From the NCBI GenBank assembly GCA_951406725.2, contig OX597822.1, positions 8,432,001 to 8,496,000 on the forward strand: a DNA stretch of 64,000 bases, given 5' to 3'. The notes below the pieces were generated by a model that had not been told where the DNA came from, did no database searches, and saw only the letters and a program-made list of their open reading frames with translations. Shown piece after piece: positions 1 through 12,948 of the stretch (position 1 is the first letter of the stretch; each line of letters starts with the position of its first letter). Made by a program: the position numbers and the translations under genes. This DNA comes from Octopus vulgaris (Eukaryota).

Positions 1-567
1 ACCCAAACCAAATTATATGAATGCGTTAAAAATTATGAATAATTGACCAGCATTCTGAATTTATAAAAAAAAACAACGCATCAGAGCAGTGTAATGGCAA
101 CAGGTCAAGTATTGGTCTCTACCACCGATGTGAATGTTTTAATAAAAATCCTAGAATTGACGAAGTTTTCCATAACAGTGAATCTCATTGAAAATTTGCA
201 AAATATTACAGAATTATAGATTTACAATTCCGGTAATGAAAATAGATACACATTGACATGCACATAGGCAATATACTCGCACATGATCAGTAATGAAGGA
301 AACAATTGATTTTGAAACGAATCAGCACACCTTCGTCATACGAATATGGACAAGTACAAGGATATACACACACACAGACACACAGATAATTACGTGTGCG
401 CGCAAATGCACACATCTGCACACAAAATGCAGCAGTCGCCGCATGTATACACAATACTCAAGAACTGTATTCCTATAATCATAGACGCCTACCGTTTTGG
501 GACGAATTAATTAAACCCAAAGAAAAGCATCCATATACGCTACCTGGACGTATATGTACATTCGTAT

Positions 568-644
<77 letters not shown>

Positions 645-646
<2 letters not shown>

Positions 647-1064
647 TCTTTTACTCTTTTACTCTTTTACTCGTTTCAGTCATTTGACTGCGGCCATGCT
701 GGAGCACCGCCTTTAGTCGAGCAAATCGACCCTGGGACTTATTCTTTGTAAGCCCAGTACTTATTCTATCGGTCTCTTTTGCCGAACCGCTAAGTGATGG
801 GGACGTAAACACACCTGCATCGGTTGTCAAGCAATGCTAGAGAGACAAACACAGGCACGCAAACATATACACACACATACATACATATATATATATATAT
901 ATACGACGGGCTTCTTTCAGTTTCCGTCTACCAAATCCACTCACAAGGCTTTGGTCGGCCCGAGGCTATAGCGGAAGACACTTGCCCAAGGTGCCACGCA
1001 GTGGGACTGAACCCGGAACCATGTGGTTGGTTAGCAAGCTACCTACCACACAGCCACTCCTGCG
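645..1064 (-). mobile_element. tRNA-derived SINE family A (CORE-like), full length, embedded in (TA)n
   Basis: Reverse complement has the head CGCAGGAGTGGCTGTGTGGTAGG, B-box-like GGTTCAGTCCC, CORE-like CCTTGGGCAAGT, an internal TA/TG microsatellite and a (GTAAAAGA)n tail. Near-identical to six other copies in the window. Confidence 0.93.
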
Positions 1065-3614
1065 TATATATATATATATACGAAATATATACGAAGACAC
1101 ATCCTTACATACATTTTTACATACATTCATAAACACATGCACTACAACAGGCATAGCCTCATACATACTTAGGTCACGTAAGCTTTAAAGGACAAGAGAC
1201 TTTTTCAAATGTATGAGCAATAATACTGAAATAATGTTGAACTCGTCATCGTATAGCGAACTTCTCAACCATCATCTTTGTGAAAGTGTGTATGTAGGAC
1301 TGGATTCATATATGTAACACATGCATTGATATGGTTCTGCAGATATTCTTTGGTGTTTTAACGTGATCGTATTATATGGTGTGTGTGATTGTAAGGGTGA
1401 GAGTATGTTTGCGCATTCAAATGCATAAATGAATATCAGCATGTGGAATCTGAATAAATGTGACAGCTTTTTCTTTTTAATATGTTCGCTCACTTTCTTT
1501 AAGTCTGTTTTGCTTTAATGTATTCGTTCTTGCATATGATATGTCAGATGTTTGAGAAAGGCTTTGTAGTTCGTTTTCCGACAAAATACTATATTTATAC
1601 TAACGATATATTCTCCGAAAGTATATTTTCCCCAAATATGAAGTGAATATTCAAATTCATTTCCGAAATAATGATAATCGTGATATGATATTTAAAAAAA
1701 TATGGCATTGTAAAGAATATATAATATGAATGATTTTATTTGAAACGTATAATTTAAATGATAAATTATGTTTTTTAAAAAAGAATTAGTGTTTTGTCAA
1801 AGGACACGTAGAAGATAAAACGATTAATCTTAAACATAAGACGGCTTCCTTTGAGGTATATTATTAATTTAAAATTAAATTAAATATTCTAAACTCTTTT
1901 ATCTTATCTATGAAATAAACATATTATATGCAATTTTTATCGTTATTTTGTTTTTGAAATTATATTTTCCTCTAACTTGTTATCATCGTCAAGATCGTCA
2001 ATTATCTGTGCAATCAAATATAGTTGATAGATTTCTTTTAAAATTATCATATATAGCTTTCGGCTGTTCGTTTAAAGCTTGCAAAAAAAAGTCAAAACAG
2101 ATGAAAAACAATTCTATGAATCGATGAAATGAATAAGTAAACTTATATTTCTTTGTCTATTAACAACATTGAATAGAAATCACATCAGAAGAAACATTTA
2201 GGATTGTCAATGCAAATTTTTTTTTTATTAAAGTTTTTGCTTGGAGGGTAAAATTTCATATAATGCTCGAAGTATCATATATGGAACATAAATGCTACTA
2301 ACTTTATAAAAAGAAACAAAACTTTAAAAATAAACAACGCAGTAGTGATCGATTATATTTATAGAGATGTCCCATAAGGCTTATAGCTATATTTCTTAAA
2401 GAAATATAAAATTTACGTAAAAATTATCAATATAAACATTCACGCGTTTTCACACTGATAACATCTCATACGACTTGTAATGATAAATGTTCATAGCTAC
2501 ACACATGGGAGTTCATATATAAAACTGTAATAGTTGTAAGAATATGAGATTGTGGGGTGAGTTTTGTGATTGCCTGTATGTACGTATATATGTATAGGTT
2601 TATATGAATGCGCTTATGTATGTATGATTGTTTGTCATGTATGTGTATATGCACATGTGAATGACGTTGTACAATTACATTCAGGTTCTTAGATATATTT
2701 TATCACCAGACTTCCTTTCTCAAGTTTGGAAGAAATTAAAATTTCGTATAGCTTTAGGGTAACTTTTTAGTTTATTCAATTCTAATTTGAAATAATCAAA
2801 AATAACTCTAAACTATATGAACAGAAATACATAGTTTATCATTGTTCAATATCCATGCACACATAGAGACGCGTACGCATACACACATACGTACTTGAAC
2901 TCATAAACTTACATACATATTACCGTTTCCCACTATTTTTCTCAGCTCCTCCCACTACTCGTTTTCTCATCACTTCTTGGAATTTGATATACTCAAAATC
3001 TTTATCATGTTTAAATTGTCATCATGATATTTGTTTTTACATTTATTAGAAATGTTCTACTCGAAGATGAATAACGATATAATTCAGCAAAAACAAACAA
3101 AAAGCTCTGAAGAACAAAATGTGGAAGAAAGATAATAAACAGAGACTGGGAGATAAAGAAGGCAACAGACACAATGGAAAAACTGAAAGAACGGCCGACA
3201 GATAGGCAATTATAGACAGAAAAAGCAAAAGATTGAGAGCTAAATTTACAGGCAAAAATATGCAGAATGTGAGGGAAAGAGACAGCTTGAGGAAATAAAT
3301 AGAAGGTTGCGGAGAGAATAATTTTAGAAGATAGAAAAGCGAGATAAAATGCGAGAAATATATTTAGATTTGTAGAATATTATTTACTATATTAATAACA
3401 GTTTTGTTAAATACCGATATGATAAAAACCTATTTTGAATAACGGATTGAATCAATTATATGTTGGATTGGGAGCTATTTCTATCCAAATGTTCCAAAAG
3501 ATTAGATTTTCAAATGAATTGATAAATCTATTAATAGATATACAGAATTCAATAAGTAGTAAACATGAGACAGAGTGAAATTTTGAAATTAGTTATAGCT
3601 GAAGATATGACATC

Positions 3615-3666
<52 letters not shown>

Positions 3667-3874
3667 CATATATGTATATCAGAATAAACATTTAACATTC
3701 TATTATTTTATTTTATTTTATTTTATTTTATTATATTATATTATATCTGATATCATTATAAGATTGTAAATAAAACGTGAAAATCAGACAAGGTTGGAAT
3801 TCCTTTTATTAACATATATGTATATATACGCACACATATACATGCATATATGCATGCATGTATACACATACACA

Positions 3875-3920
<46 letters not shown>

Positions 3921-3949
3921 AACACGCACTCATATATATGTAGATTCTG

Positions 3950-4215
3950 TTATTCCTTTACGTGTTTCAGTCATTTGACTGTGGCCATCCTGGAGCACCA
4001 CCATAAAATGTTCTAGCCTTGTACTTATTCTATCGAACACTTTTGGCGAACTGCTAGTTTACGGTGACGTAAACACACCCACATCGGTTGTCAAGCGATG
4101 AAGGGGAGACAAACACAGACTCAAAGACGCAAACACATATATACGAGAGGCGGCTTTCAGTTTCAGTCAACCAAACCCACTCTCCAGGCTTTGGTCTGAC
4201 GATGCTATAGTTGGG
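3950..4215 (-). mobile_element. SINE family A, diverged 5'-truncated copy
   Basis: GTTTCAGTCATTTGACTGTGGCCATCCTGGAGCACC and GACGTAAACACACC-ACATCGGTTGTCAAGC match the family A 3' half. Confidence 0.8.
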
Positions 4216-4493
4216 AAGCAAGCGTTTCACCGGCATACTTTCGCCTAAATATATATATATATATCAGTATAATCACTATGCAAGTATACTTACGACCAAA
4301 CAAGTTCTGAATTCTAAGCCCTGAGCTTTATGTGACAATCTCTACGCAGTCGATGATACAAATTCTTAGTGAGTATTGAATACGATTTAATCGATTACTT
4401 TCCGTCCCCTTCCAGGAAGACATAGAAACATTAAAGTCCGTCGGTTGATATGTCCGACTGCCGTAAGCTGATACATTGGCCTCTAAATTACAA

Positions 4494-4520
4494 TTATTAC
4501 TTCTGCTGTTGCTGCTGCTG

Positions 4521-4610
<90 letters not shown>

Positions 4611-4682
4611 CTGCTGCTGCTACTACTACTGACAACTACTACTACTACTACTACTACTACTATTACTAATAATAATAATAAT
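4494..4682. repeat. Compound trinucleotide microsatellite (CTG/CTA/TAA)
   Basis: Directly visible; explains the poly-L/C/Y/T ORFs. Confidence 0.95.
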
Positions 4683-4684
4683 AC

Positions 4685-5083
4685 ATTCTTTTATTGGCCA
4701 CAGGGCCTGACAAAATATCAATTAGAAACATTTAGGGACAAAACAAGACGAAAGTTACAAAGGGTTTTGTCAGTTTGTAAAAGTCGTACAAAAATTCAGG
4801 AGATAACAACGAAAATATAACAATTGAAATTCCCAATAGCGGGAGGGGCTTCGGAAGGTTCCTGGTGGAAAAACCCCTAAAAGCCACAGGAGCCTGGTCA
4901 AAAGCGGGGTAGAGAGCCCCTTTCTCCTTTTGTAATACCTTTTTCTTACAGGTGTATCCTTGCTATCAGACAGCACTTCCCTCTCTAGTTTCACCTTCCT
5001 TTTCAAGTGAAGCTTGAAAAAGTTGATGAGGCCATGGTCAAAGTGGAAAGTGTCTGACCTTAGCCCTTTCAAACGAGTCCACC
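4685..5083 (-). mobile_element. 3' fragment of an L1/Tx1-like LINE (ORF2 C-terminus plus 3' UTR) inserted in a TAA microsatellite
   Basis: ORF 4770-5072 (LINFFKLHLKRKVKLEREVLS) resembles L1/Tx1 ORF2 C-termini. The minus strand ends CCCTGTGGCCAATAAAAGAA, and (TAA)n lies on both sides. Confidence 0.6.
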
Positions 5084-5087
5084 ATAC

Positions 5088-5146
<59 letters not shown>
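5088..5146. repeat. (TAA)n microsatellite
   Basis: Directly visible. Confidence 0.95.
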
Positions 5147-5147
<1 letters not shown>

Positions 5148-5249
5148 CCATAAAAAGAAGATTTTTTTAAATTCAGAAATTCAACGATGTAAGCTTCAGA
5201 ATATATATATTATTATTTTTCTGTTAGTAATTAAACACAAAACAATGTA

Positions 5250-8200
5250 AACTGGTACTTTCCAATGTCAAGGTCAGCGCTCTCATTGATCGCTAGTAGT
5301 AGTGAACACATTTGACCACTGCTGACCCAAAGAGTGTAGAGCTTCATTTGTCTGCTGATTGCAAAGGAAAGCGAGGGTCCATTGTTAATCCCCTTCTCGG
5401 TATCTGCTGAACCTATTTATAGACCTGTGGAATTTGATCTATTCGCCAAGTTGCTTCTCTTCCTCCTACTATTCCCTTCAACCCTCACATATTTATGATT
5501 ATCTCAAGCAAAAGACTAATGTCGAAATTTAACGACATGTAATAATACCACACAGTAGCAGAAGCGAAGATGGTAGATTGAAATAAATAATGGAAAAAAC
5601 TGTTACCATGGCTACAAAGATTCGCCACAACGATACAGATCAAGGCACTATTGGTAGTGACTAACGATGAACAACTCTGTAATAGCAAGGTTGAACTAAC
5701 TGTAACGGTATTAATCGCAGTCGACAACAGTGGCAGAAACAATAACCGTCTCTACATTTTCCACAATACAGGGATCAATACTAATAATTTCAATGTAGCA
5801 CAAATGTGTCTTACGAAACAAAAAGGATAACTACAACAGTATAGCAAACCTGGGAGTGCATCCCCCAACAGCGAGCCAGCCTGGCATAAAATTGCCTCTG
5901 AATACGAAGCTGGATGGTTACTTGAACGGGAACTGCCCCAAGTCGAGCCCTCCAAGTCTACACCCACAACAGTAAGAAAAATGTAAGAGATTGAAATGGA
6001 CGCGGAAAGAGTTTACAGATTTAATAAACGCCTATTAGTATACATTAGGCAGGCCACCGCACACTCTTATCAAATATGACAGCAGACTATATTTGGACGG
6101 AAACAAATACGCAATTGTTAGGAGGGATATCATAAGAAATAAAAGAGTCACAATTAGTGAAATAACCGTGATGATAGAACTGTAGCAGGAAATCATGAAT
6201 AAGTGTCCAGTTGTATGACACGTCAATATGCATGATAGAGAACCATATCATAAAACTCTCAAAAATAATCCGAAACAGAGAGATTAAAATTGGAATCTAT
6301 GTAACGAAGAATATTATACGTGAACTAAAACCAGATCACACTGACACTATTTACGCAGCTGCTAAAAAAACTGGAACCAGTTGTGTACCTTTGAAATTCA
6401 AAGAAATACTAACCTGAGAGGAATTCCAAACTGAAAAATTAAAATTGAAAAAGCGATTAAAATAATGAGAGCTGAAGTATCAATATTGAATGAACATATC
6501 TGTGGAAACAATTTAAAAACCAGAGAAGGGAGAAAGATGAAGAGAAAATATATATTCTCACCAAGAGAGGAACTGCTTTCAGCAAAAGAAACACTGCAAC
6601 AAAAATTCCAAGCAAAGACTCAAAGAATACGAAGATGTCAGAAGAAGAACAAGTTTCAAAAGGAAAATAAGTTGTTCCCATACAATACGAAAACATTCTA
6701 CAGAGAAATAAGGAAGGAGAAAATATCTGTTGAAGAACACACCTACGATGGAAAAAGTTGAAAACTTCTGAAAAAATATCTGATGAGTGATGAAAAGAAT
6801 TACAATGAAAATGCAGACTGGATTAGACGCACAGAAGGTTTCGACTAAAACTTATCAGAACAAGCATCGGAGGACATCACAACATCAGACCTAAGGATGA
6901 CACTCATGAAGGATCATAAGATCCCCTGGCAATGAGAGGGGGTCAACTTTCTGGCTCGCCTCGCTCCCGTGCGCACAATATAAGTTAGTCCAGTTATTCA
7001 ATGAAATTATGAAAACATTCGTTAGGAAGATATATTCCGTACCTTCTCGCGAAGAAAAATTAAAGTAAATTTCCCCAAAACTATCGGTCCATAACATGTC
7101 TATTTACCACGTTAATATCTATCCTCATGGAGAAAACTTACAAATTTATGGAACAGAACGATATTTTCCCCCACTGAACAAAATGGGGACCGACGAGGAT
7201 GCAATGACTAACACTTAATCAATTGCATAATCCTTGAGAAGAACTGTCATAACAAACGCAGAAATCTCAGTTCTGCGTGGGGTGATTACATAAACGCCTT
7301 CGACAGCATACCGCATCAAAGGAACTTGAAATCGCTGGTTATCTTCAAAATTTCTACTGTGATTTCAAGCATCCTGAAGCACAACCTGTCAAAGTGGAAA
7401 TAACAATCTCCAATTATACAACTCTAATGGAGTACTACCACAAAAAAATATTAATATCAAATGCATTTCACTTTTAATTTTCTGCATAGCTCCAATACCT
7501 CTTACACGTGAAAGTAACAGAACAGGGCGTGGATATAAAATTAGGGACAAGAAAATAAGTCATCTATTTTATATGGAGTTCGAAGCATGATCAATTTTGA
7601 AATTTCAAAAAAAACCCACCACAACTGGACTAGCAAACTTGGACCATATAACGACTGGATGCTAAAGCTCGTTGAGAGACGTATGAAAATTCACTTTGCC
7701 ATGAATGGGAGGCAAAGATTCTCGAGTGAGTTTATACAGAATACCCAGATTGAACAGCATGATCGAAGACAGCAACTGCACTTGCAAAGAATGCGAAATC
7801 AATAGCAAAGCAAAACGCGTTTGAACAATTGGCTGATAGGTGAGAACAAAAACCTCTGGATAGCAAATATATAGCTCGTAGCAAACAAACTGATGTAGAC
7901 CACAAGCACACCCGCCAGTGGCTATGGAGCTGATGGCTAAAGGCAGAGAGTGAAAGATTTATATTGGCTGCCCAGGAACGGAACTTATTGACCCAGAACT
8001 ATCAAGTCAATATAATGAAAAATGGTGTAGACCCAAAGTGCCGATACTGTAACAGTGGGATAGAAACAGCGGACCACCTTATCTCCGATGTAATGTTTTA
8101 GTACCTGTAGAGTACAAATTAAGACATAGCGGGGTTGACCAATATTTACATTGGATAACGTGTCGACATTATAAAATCAAAACTGCAACTGAGGGAGAAA

Positions 8201-8443
8201 ATGTAACTATTCTTTGGGACTTCCCAGTATGTACAGACCGGACAATCAAAGCAAATAAACCAGATATTGTTATGAAAGATAGAAATCAAGTCTGTTTATT
8301 GATTGACATGAGCATACCCTGTGACCATAATATTTCGGCAAAAGAATTTGAAAAGCTCAGAAAATATAAAGATTTACTAATCGAAACCGAATGGATGTGC
8401 CTTCTCAAAACAGTTACAATACCAGTGATTGCTGGAGCAATCA
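5250..8443 (+). mobile_element. Decayed R4/Dong-clade non-LTR retrotransposon (RT, CCHC finger, restriction-like endonuclease); 5' boundary approximate
   Basis: Frameshifted motifs occur in the expected order: LKWTRKEF..YLDGNK; KETLQQKFQAKTQRIRR..ENKLF..FYREI; SPGN..NFWL; YRSITCL; AW.DYINAFDSIPH; ISHLFYM; KAESERFILAAQ..DPKCRYC..ETADHLIS; NKPDIV..CLLIDMSIPCDHNISAKEFEKLRKYKDL..TIPVIAGA. Many stops and an internal deletion after the YMxx motif. Confidence 0.88.
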
Positions 8444-8589
8444 ACCTGAAACGTTGTGTTAACAACAAACAAAATGAGGACAAATATCCGTTGAATGAAA
8501 ATAATGTAAATAACGTAAGTAATAATAATGTTTTATTTAATCACTTTATTCACATGTAAACAACAACAAAATAAATTTTAACAAGGAAA

Positions 8590-8945
8590 ATGCCCCCCAA
8601 ATTCGGGAGACTTCCTAGCGCTGAACATGGTAACCCCAAGTGCATGACTTACTTATTTCATCGACTCTGAAGGGACTAAAGGTAAATTCGACTGGGCGGA
8701 ATTTGAACTGAGAAGTTAAAGACGGACGATATGGCGCTTAGCAATTTGCAGTAACGATTCTACTATTCCTACATTTTAATGATAATAATATTCAAATTTT
8801 GTCGCGCGACTAGATTTAGATAATTACGTGATTTAGATAATTACACGAAACCCTATTTCTTGAATGGTGCTGTGTAGTATCGGACCTAAAAGTTTGAAAG
8901 GCGAAGATGACCATATTAGAATTTGAACTCAGAATGTAAGGAACT
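8590..8945 (-). mobile_element. Two degraded SINE family B (Meta-like) fragments
   Basis: GGCGGAATTTGAACTGAGAA and AGAATTTGAACTCAGAATGTA, each with an upstream (G/T)AAAGG block, match the reverse complement of family B. Confidence 0.55.
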
Positions 8946-9009
8946 GGAGACTGCAAAATCTGCTAACATATATCTTCCTTGGAATTGTGCGCGTGTCGAT
9001 ATCTTTCGT

Positions 9010-9011
<2 letters not shown>

Positions 9012-9041
<30 letters not shown>

Positions 9042-9110
9042 TGTATGTATGTATGCATGTATGTATGTATGTGTGTATGTATCAGTGTGTGTGCATGTAT
9101 GTATTTATGT

Positions 9111-9147
<37 letters not shown>

Positions 9148-9177
9148 GATAGAGATAGATATATAGATAGATAGAGA

Positions 9178-9242
<65 letters not shown>
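9012..9242. repeat. Compound (TATG)n-(TAGA)n-(GA)n microsatellite
   Basis: Directly visible. Confidence 0.95.
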
Positions 9243-9245
<3 letters not shown>

Positions 9246-9751
9246 GTATCTATATATCATACGTATATATCATAATTAGATTTCTGCTTTCTGCAGGACT
9301 CGAACTCACAGCACACTCATGTCGAGGAAGAAATATTTTTCGAAACTCGGTAGTAGATTTAGATATTCACGAAACAAACCAATGGAAAACAAGAGATCGG
9401 AATTGAAAAATTTCATTTAAGAACTCTTTCAAAAAAATTAAAACCTATTTAAAACCTATGAACAACCGAAGTCTACAAATGTTTCAGCAAAATTATGTCC
9501 GTATATGAGTAAAGTTTTCTAAGTGCTGCTCTTAGAATTTGTCCCAGCTTCGGCTAATACTTACGACCTTTGTTACCTCTCACTGCATTTATACATGTGT
9601 GTGAGTATGCGTATACAACTATCAATCTACTGTTCTGAATCTACTGTTCTATCTATCTCTCTATCTATTATCTCTCTCTATCTCAATACCATATATATAT
9701 ATATATATATATATGGACTTGGTGCTAACTTAACTGTATCTATTTTTAGTA

Positions 9752-9815
<64 letters not shown>

Positions 9816-10150
9816 AGTAATTTTTATTTACTTTTATAGCTTTAGAATTTTATGAACTGTACCACGGATTTAATTATTATTTTTCATCTCCATATGTGTT
9901 AGCCCTTTTTTTATAAAAAAAACTATTAGCCAAATATGTATAATATCGGTACTTATTAATATTAATATATACACTGTTATATATTTTGTTTTATATTGTT
10001 CTGTTTACCTTCCTTTTTGTACAAATGTGTATTATATTATATAAGTGTAGCATTATGATGTATAAGTTTTTATATTTTACATTTTTATATTTTTATATTT
10101 ATATGTATATGATTATATAATATCTTTCACTATTATAACAAATTTAATTT

Positions 10151-10266
10151 AATTCTCTGAAGAGGCCGTGGGGCATCCTTGTTAATGCCTCATTTATACC
10201 TGCCTTTATGGCTTATAGGTTAAATGAGGTATGACTGTCCTCACTGCCGAAACAGCTGTCAGTTCT
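10151..10266 (+). ncRNA. Minimal type I hammerhead ribozyme motif (Penelope pLTR type), weak stem I
   Basis: CTGAAGA (10157-10163); stem II GGCCGTGGGG/CCTCACTGCC with a long insert; GAAA (10249-10252); palindromic CAGCTG stem III; GTC cleavage triplet ending at 10260. Stem I has only about 2 bp. Confidence 0.65.
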
Positions 10267-10665
10267 GATTTATTTGTATATTATATTTGAAAATTTTTTA
10301 CTTATATCTCTTTATCTTTTTACTATTACTGTATATCTCATTTCATTTTATATATTGCCTTTACTCATATGTAATGGTGTATTAAAGTATGGATTGAGTA
10401 TCATCGGATAGTTGATGTTTTACTGATTTAAGTATGTTTCTCCATTCTCTAATTTTGTAGTATATATATATACATATATATATATATATGTATATGTGTG
10501 TGTGTTTGTGTGTGTGTTTGTGTGTGCGTGTGTATGTATATATGTATATATATGCATGTATATATATATATACATGTTTGTGTATATCTATCTATCTATA
10601 TATATATGTGTGGGGGTGTGTAGGTGTGTTTGTGTGTGTGTGTTCGTGTGTTTGTCGATATATGC

Positions 10666-10707
10666 ATAGATAGATAGATAGATAGATAGATAGAAATATA
10701 GATAGAC

Positions 10708-10761
<54 letters not shown>

Positions 10762-10774
10762 GTAGGTAGGTAGG

Positions 10775-10868
<94 letters not shown>
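10666..10868. repeat. (GATA)n microsatellite
   Basis: Directly visible. Confidence 0.95.
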
Positions 10869-12948
10869 TTCTAAGTATCTAGCTAATTTATTATGTGTTG
10901 GTAAGTAACAATTTACAGGCAATAGATTAATGAATCAGTAGTAGAAGCCTTGCGGGCTTCGAGGAATATTGAAGAGAAGGAATATAATTATGAAAACCGT
11001 TGTATGGTTTGAAGTTACCAAAGCCATTATTTCCCAACGTTAATTACATCTGATGCAATTGACCAATTCCCATATAAAGCTAGGAATTTTTCTAAAGACT
11101 TCATTTTATCTTGAGAATGGAATATAGGAAGCGCTGTAATATTAATTACTGGCAAGCTTTGAACGTTTTTCTCTGTTATAAATTTCCTTGCATGAAAATT
11201 AAATCTAATTTCTATAAATCCAATTTCTTTTATCAAAACCCTTACCTATCTCGCTCGATAAACTTCTACATCTTCACGCTCATAGGTAATTAGAATTTTC
11301 CCATATCAGTATCAAATACAAAATATACGCGTCTTGATATTGACACTAATTATATCTTAAGAATTTTTTTTTTTTAATTTGCTATTAGTTCGAGGAAAAC
11401 AAAAACCTGCTGTCGTTATTTGTATTATATTGGATCGTACTACTATAATGCAGGTTGAAAGAAAAACAAATGAATGCGTATTATCTCGTTTGCCAAAGCT
11501 TCTTTTTCTAACAATTCTCTATCAGCAATTCGTTATAAATGTATGGAGTTTACTGTCCCTTTTTGGCAAGTATTGCGCGAGTAACTAGTTGTTACAATTA
11601 ACTCGCCCTCACAGTATGTGCAAAGATACGAGCAAAAGTTTTCCAACTGTGACAACGTCATCTAGTCTTATGAAGTTGTGTATGTACGTTACATTATTTT
11701 TGTCTTAGAATTTAAAAAAAACAAAAAACAACAAAGAATCGATATGTTTTTTTGGAGATTCATCTATTAATTGTATCAGTTAAACAAAAAGTAGAAGGCA
11801 CTCCTTTCCTCGTAGGCATTTCAAGTCACTATGTTTAGATTATTCTTTACTATTCTCAGTAAACTGTAATCTATTACGTAGCCCTGCCATATCAGGTTTC
11901 CGATTTTTTTACTGTGGTTTTCCTAACGCTGAGTGTAAAATGCATGTATTTAAAGAATACAGAATATATTAACTTATTAATTGTCTTTTGCATAATCATT
12001 GACAACCTATTGCTAACTCTCTGAATTGCAGTGGACCACAAGAATACCTAGCAGGTAAAATAATATTACTAAACTCAACGGCCATGAGCATTTTCGGGGC
12101 TCAATGTCTGGCGGAAGGAAGACAGGAATAAACCCTCATGCAGGTCACTTTTGCAAGTTCTCGCAACATAGTTGGCTCCGTTCCATGTATTCCCATGGAG
12201 CAAATGTAGCCAATTGTCCCATGTGATGGATCTCGGTCATTAACCAAAAGAGCCCATTCTTTCGACTATCTGAATCTTACCACTGTACCCAACTTCAATA
12301 AATTTGGTTAACAAATACTACTCTAGAAGACACAGTGAATTAGCCGGATAGGCAATGGATATGCACTAGTATTAATAGAATTACGAATTAAAATTCTCAA
12401 CACAGACAAGCATGAATGTGTGCGCACGCGTGGTTGTGTGTTTGAGGTATGTATTTGTGGCTACTGCTACTGTTACGTTAGCATTGGCTTGAGTAAAGTC
12501 TAAGTAACATGGGGTGCATGCCTAGTCGTGAGGTCATTTATACTAGAGTCTACCTGAACGTATTAATGTCCTTAAATGTAGATTTATAGCCTCTGATTTA
12601 TATACATTGGCAAAAAACGTTGTCGATGTTTAACTGCAAGGAGCCACGCAGCAATGAGGCAAGGATATTTTGTAAAGTTATTCAAAGAATGTCTATATTT
12701 AACACATTATTCAAAGAAGTTTCTTAAAATCGCTTCTATTTATTATAAATGAAATGGGCACTTGGCAGAATGAAGAAAAATGGTCTCTATTTCTTTTCTA
12801 TAAGAAACAAATACATTATTTTCAAGCATTTTGGTGACAACTTTCACTTTATATGTGTCATATTTTATCATATACAGAAGGATGTAGAAGCATACAAAAA
12901 TTTATGCCATATTTGTGTTGGATCCAGACTAGCGAATATCTTTACAAC

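Noticed and set aside
5270-5430. Possible HDV-like ribozyme at the 5' end of the R4/Dong element (GGTCAGC/GCTGACC stem)
   Set aside because: I could not place P1.1, a convincing P3/L3 or the J4/2 catalytic C. Only one stem is supported; an RNArobo search on the family consensus would be needed.
12070-12285. GC-richer stretch that could be an exon
   Set aside because: The minus-strand frame I translated is short, bounded by stops and matches no family I recognise; no convincing splice pair. More likely repeat debris.
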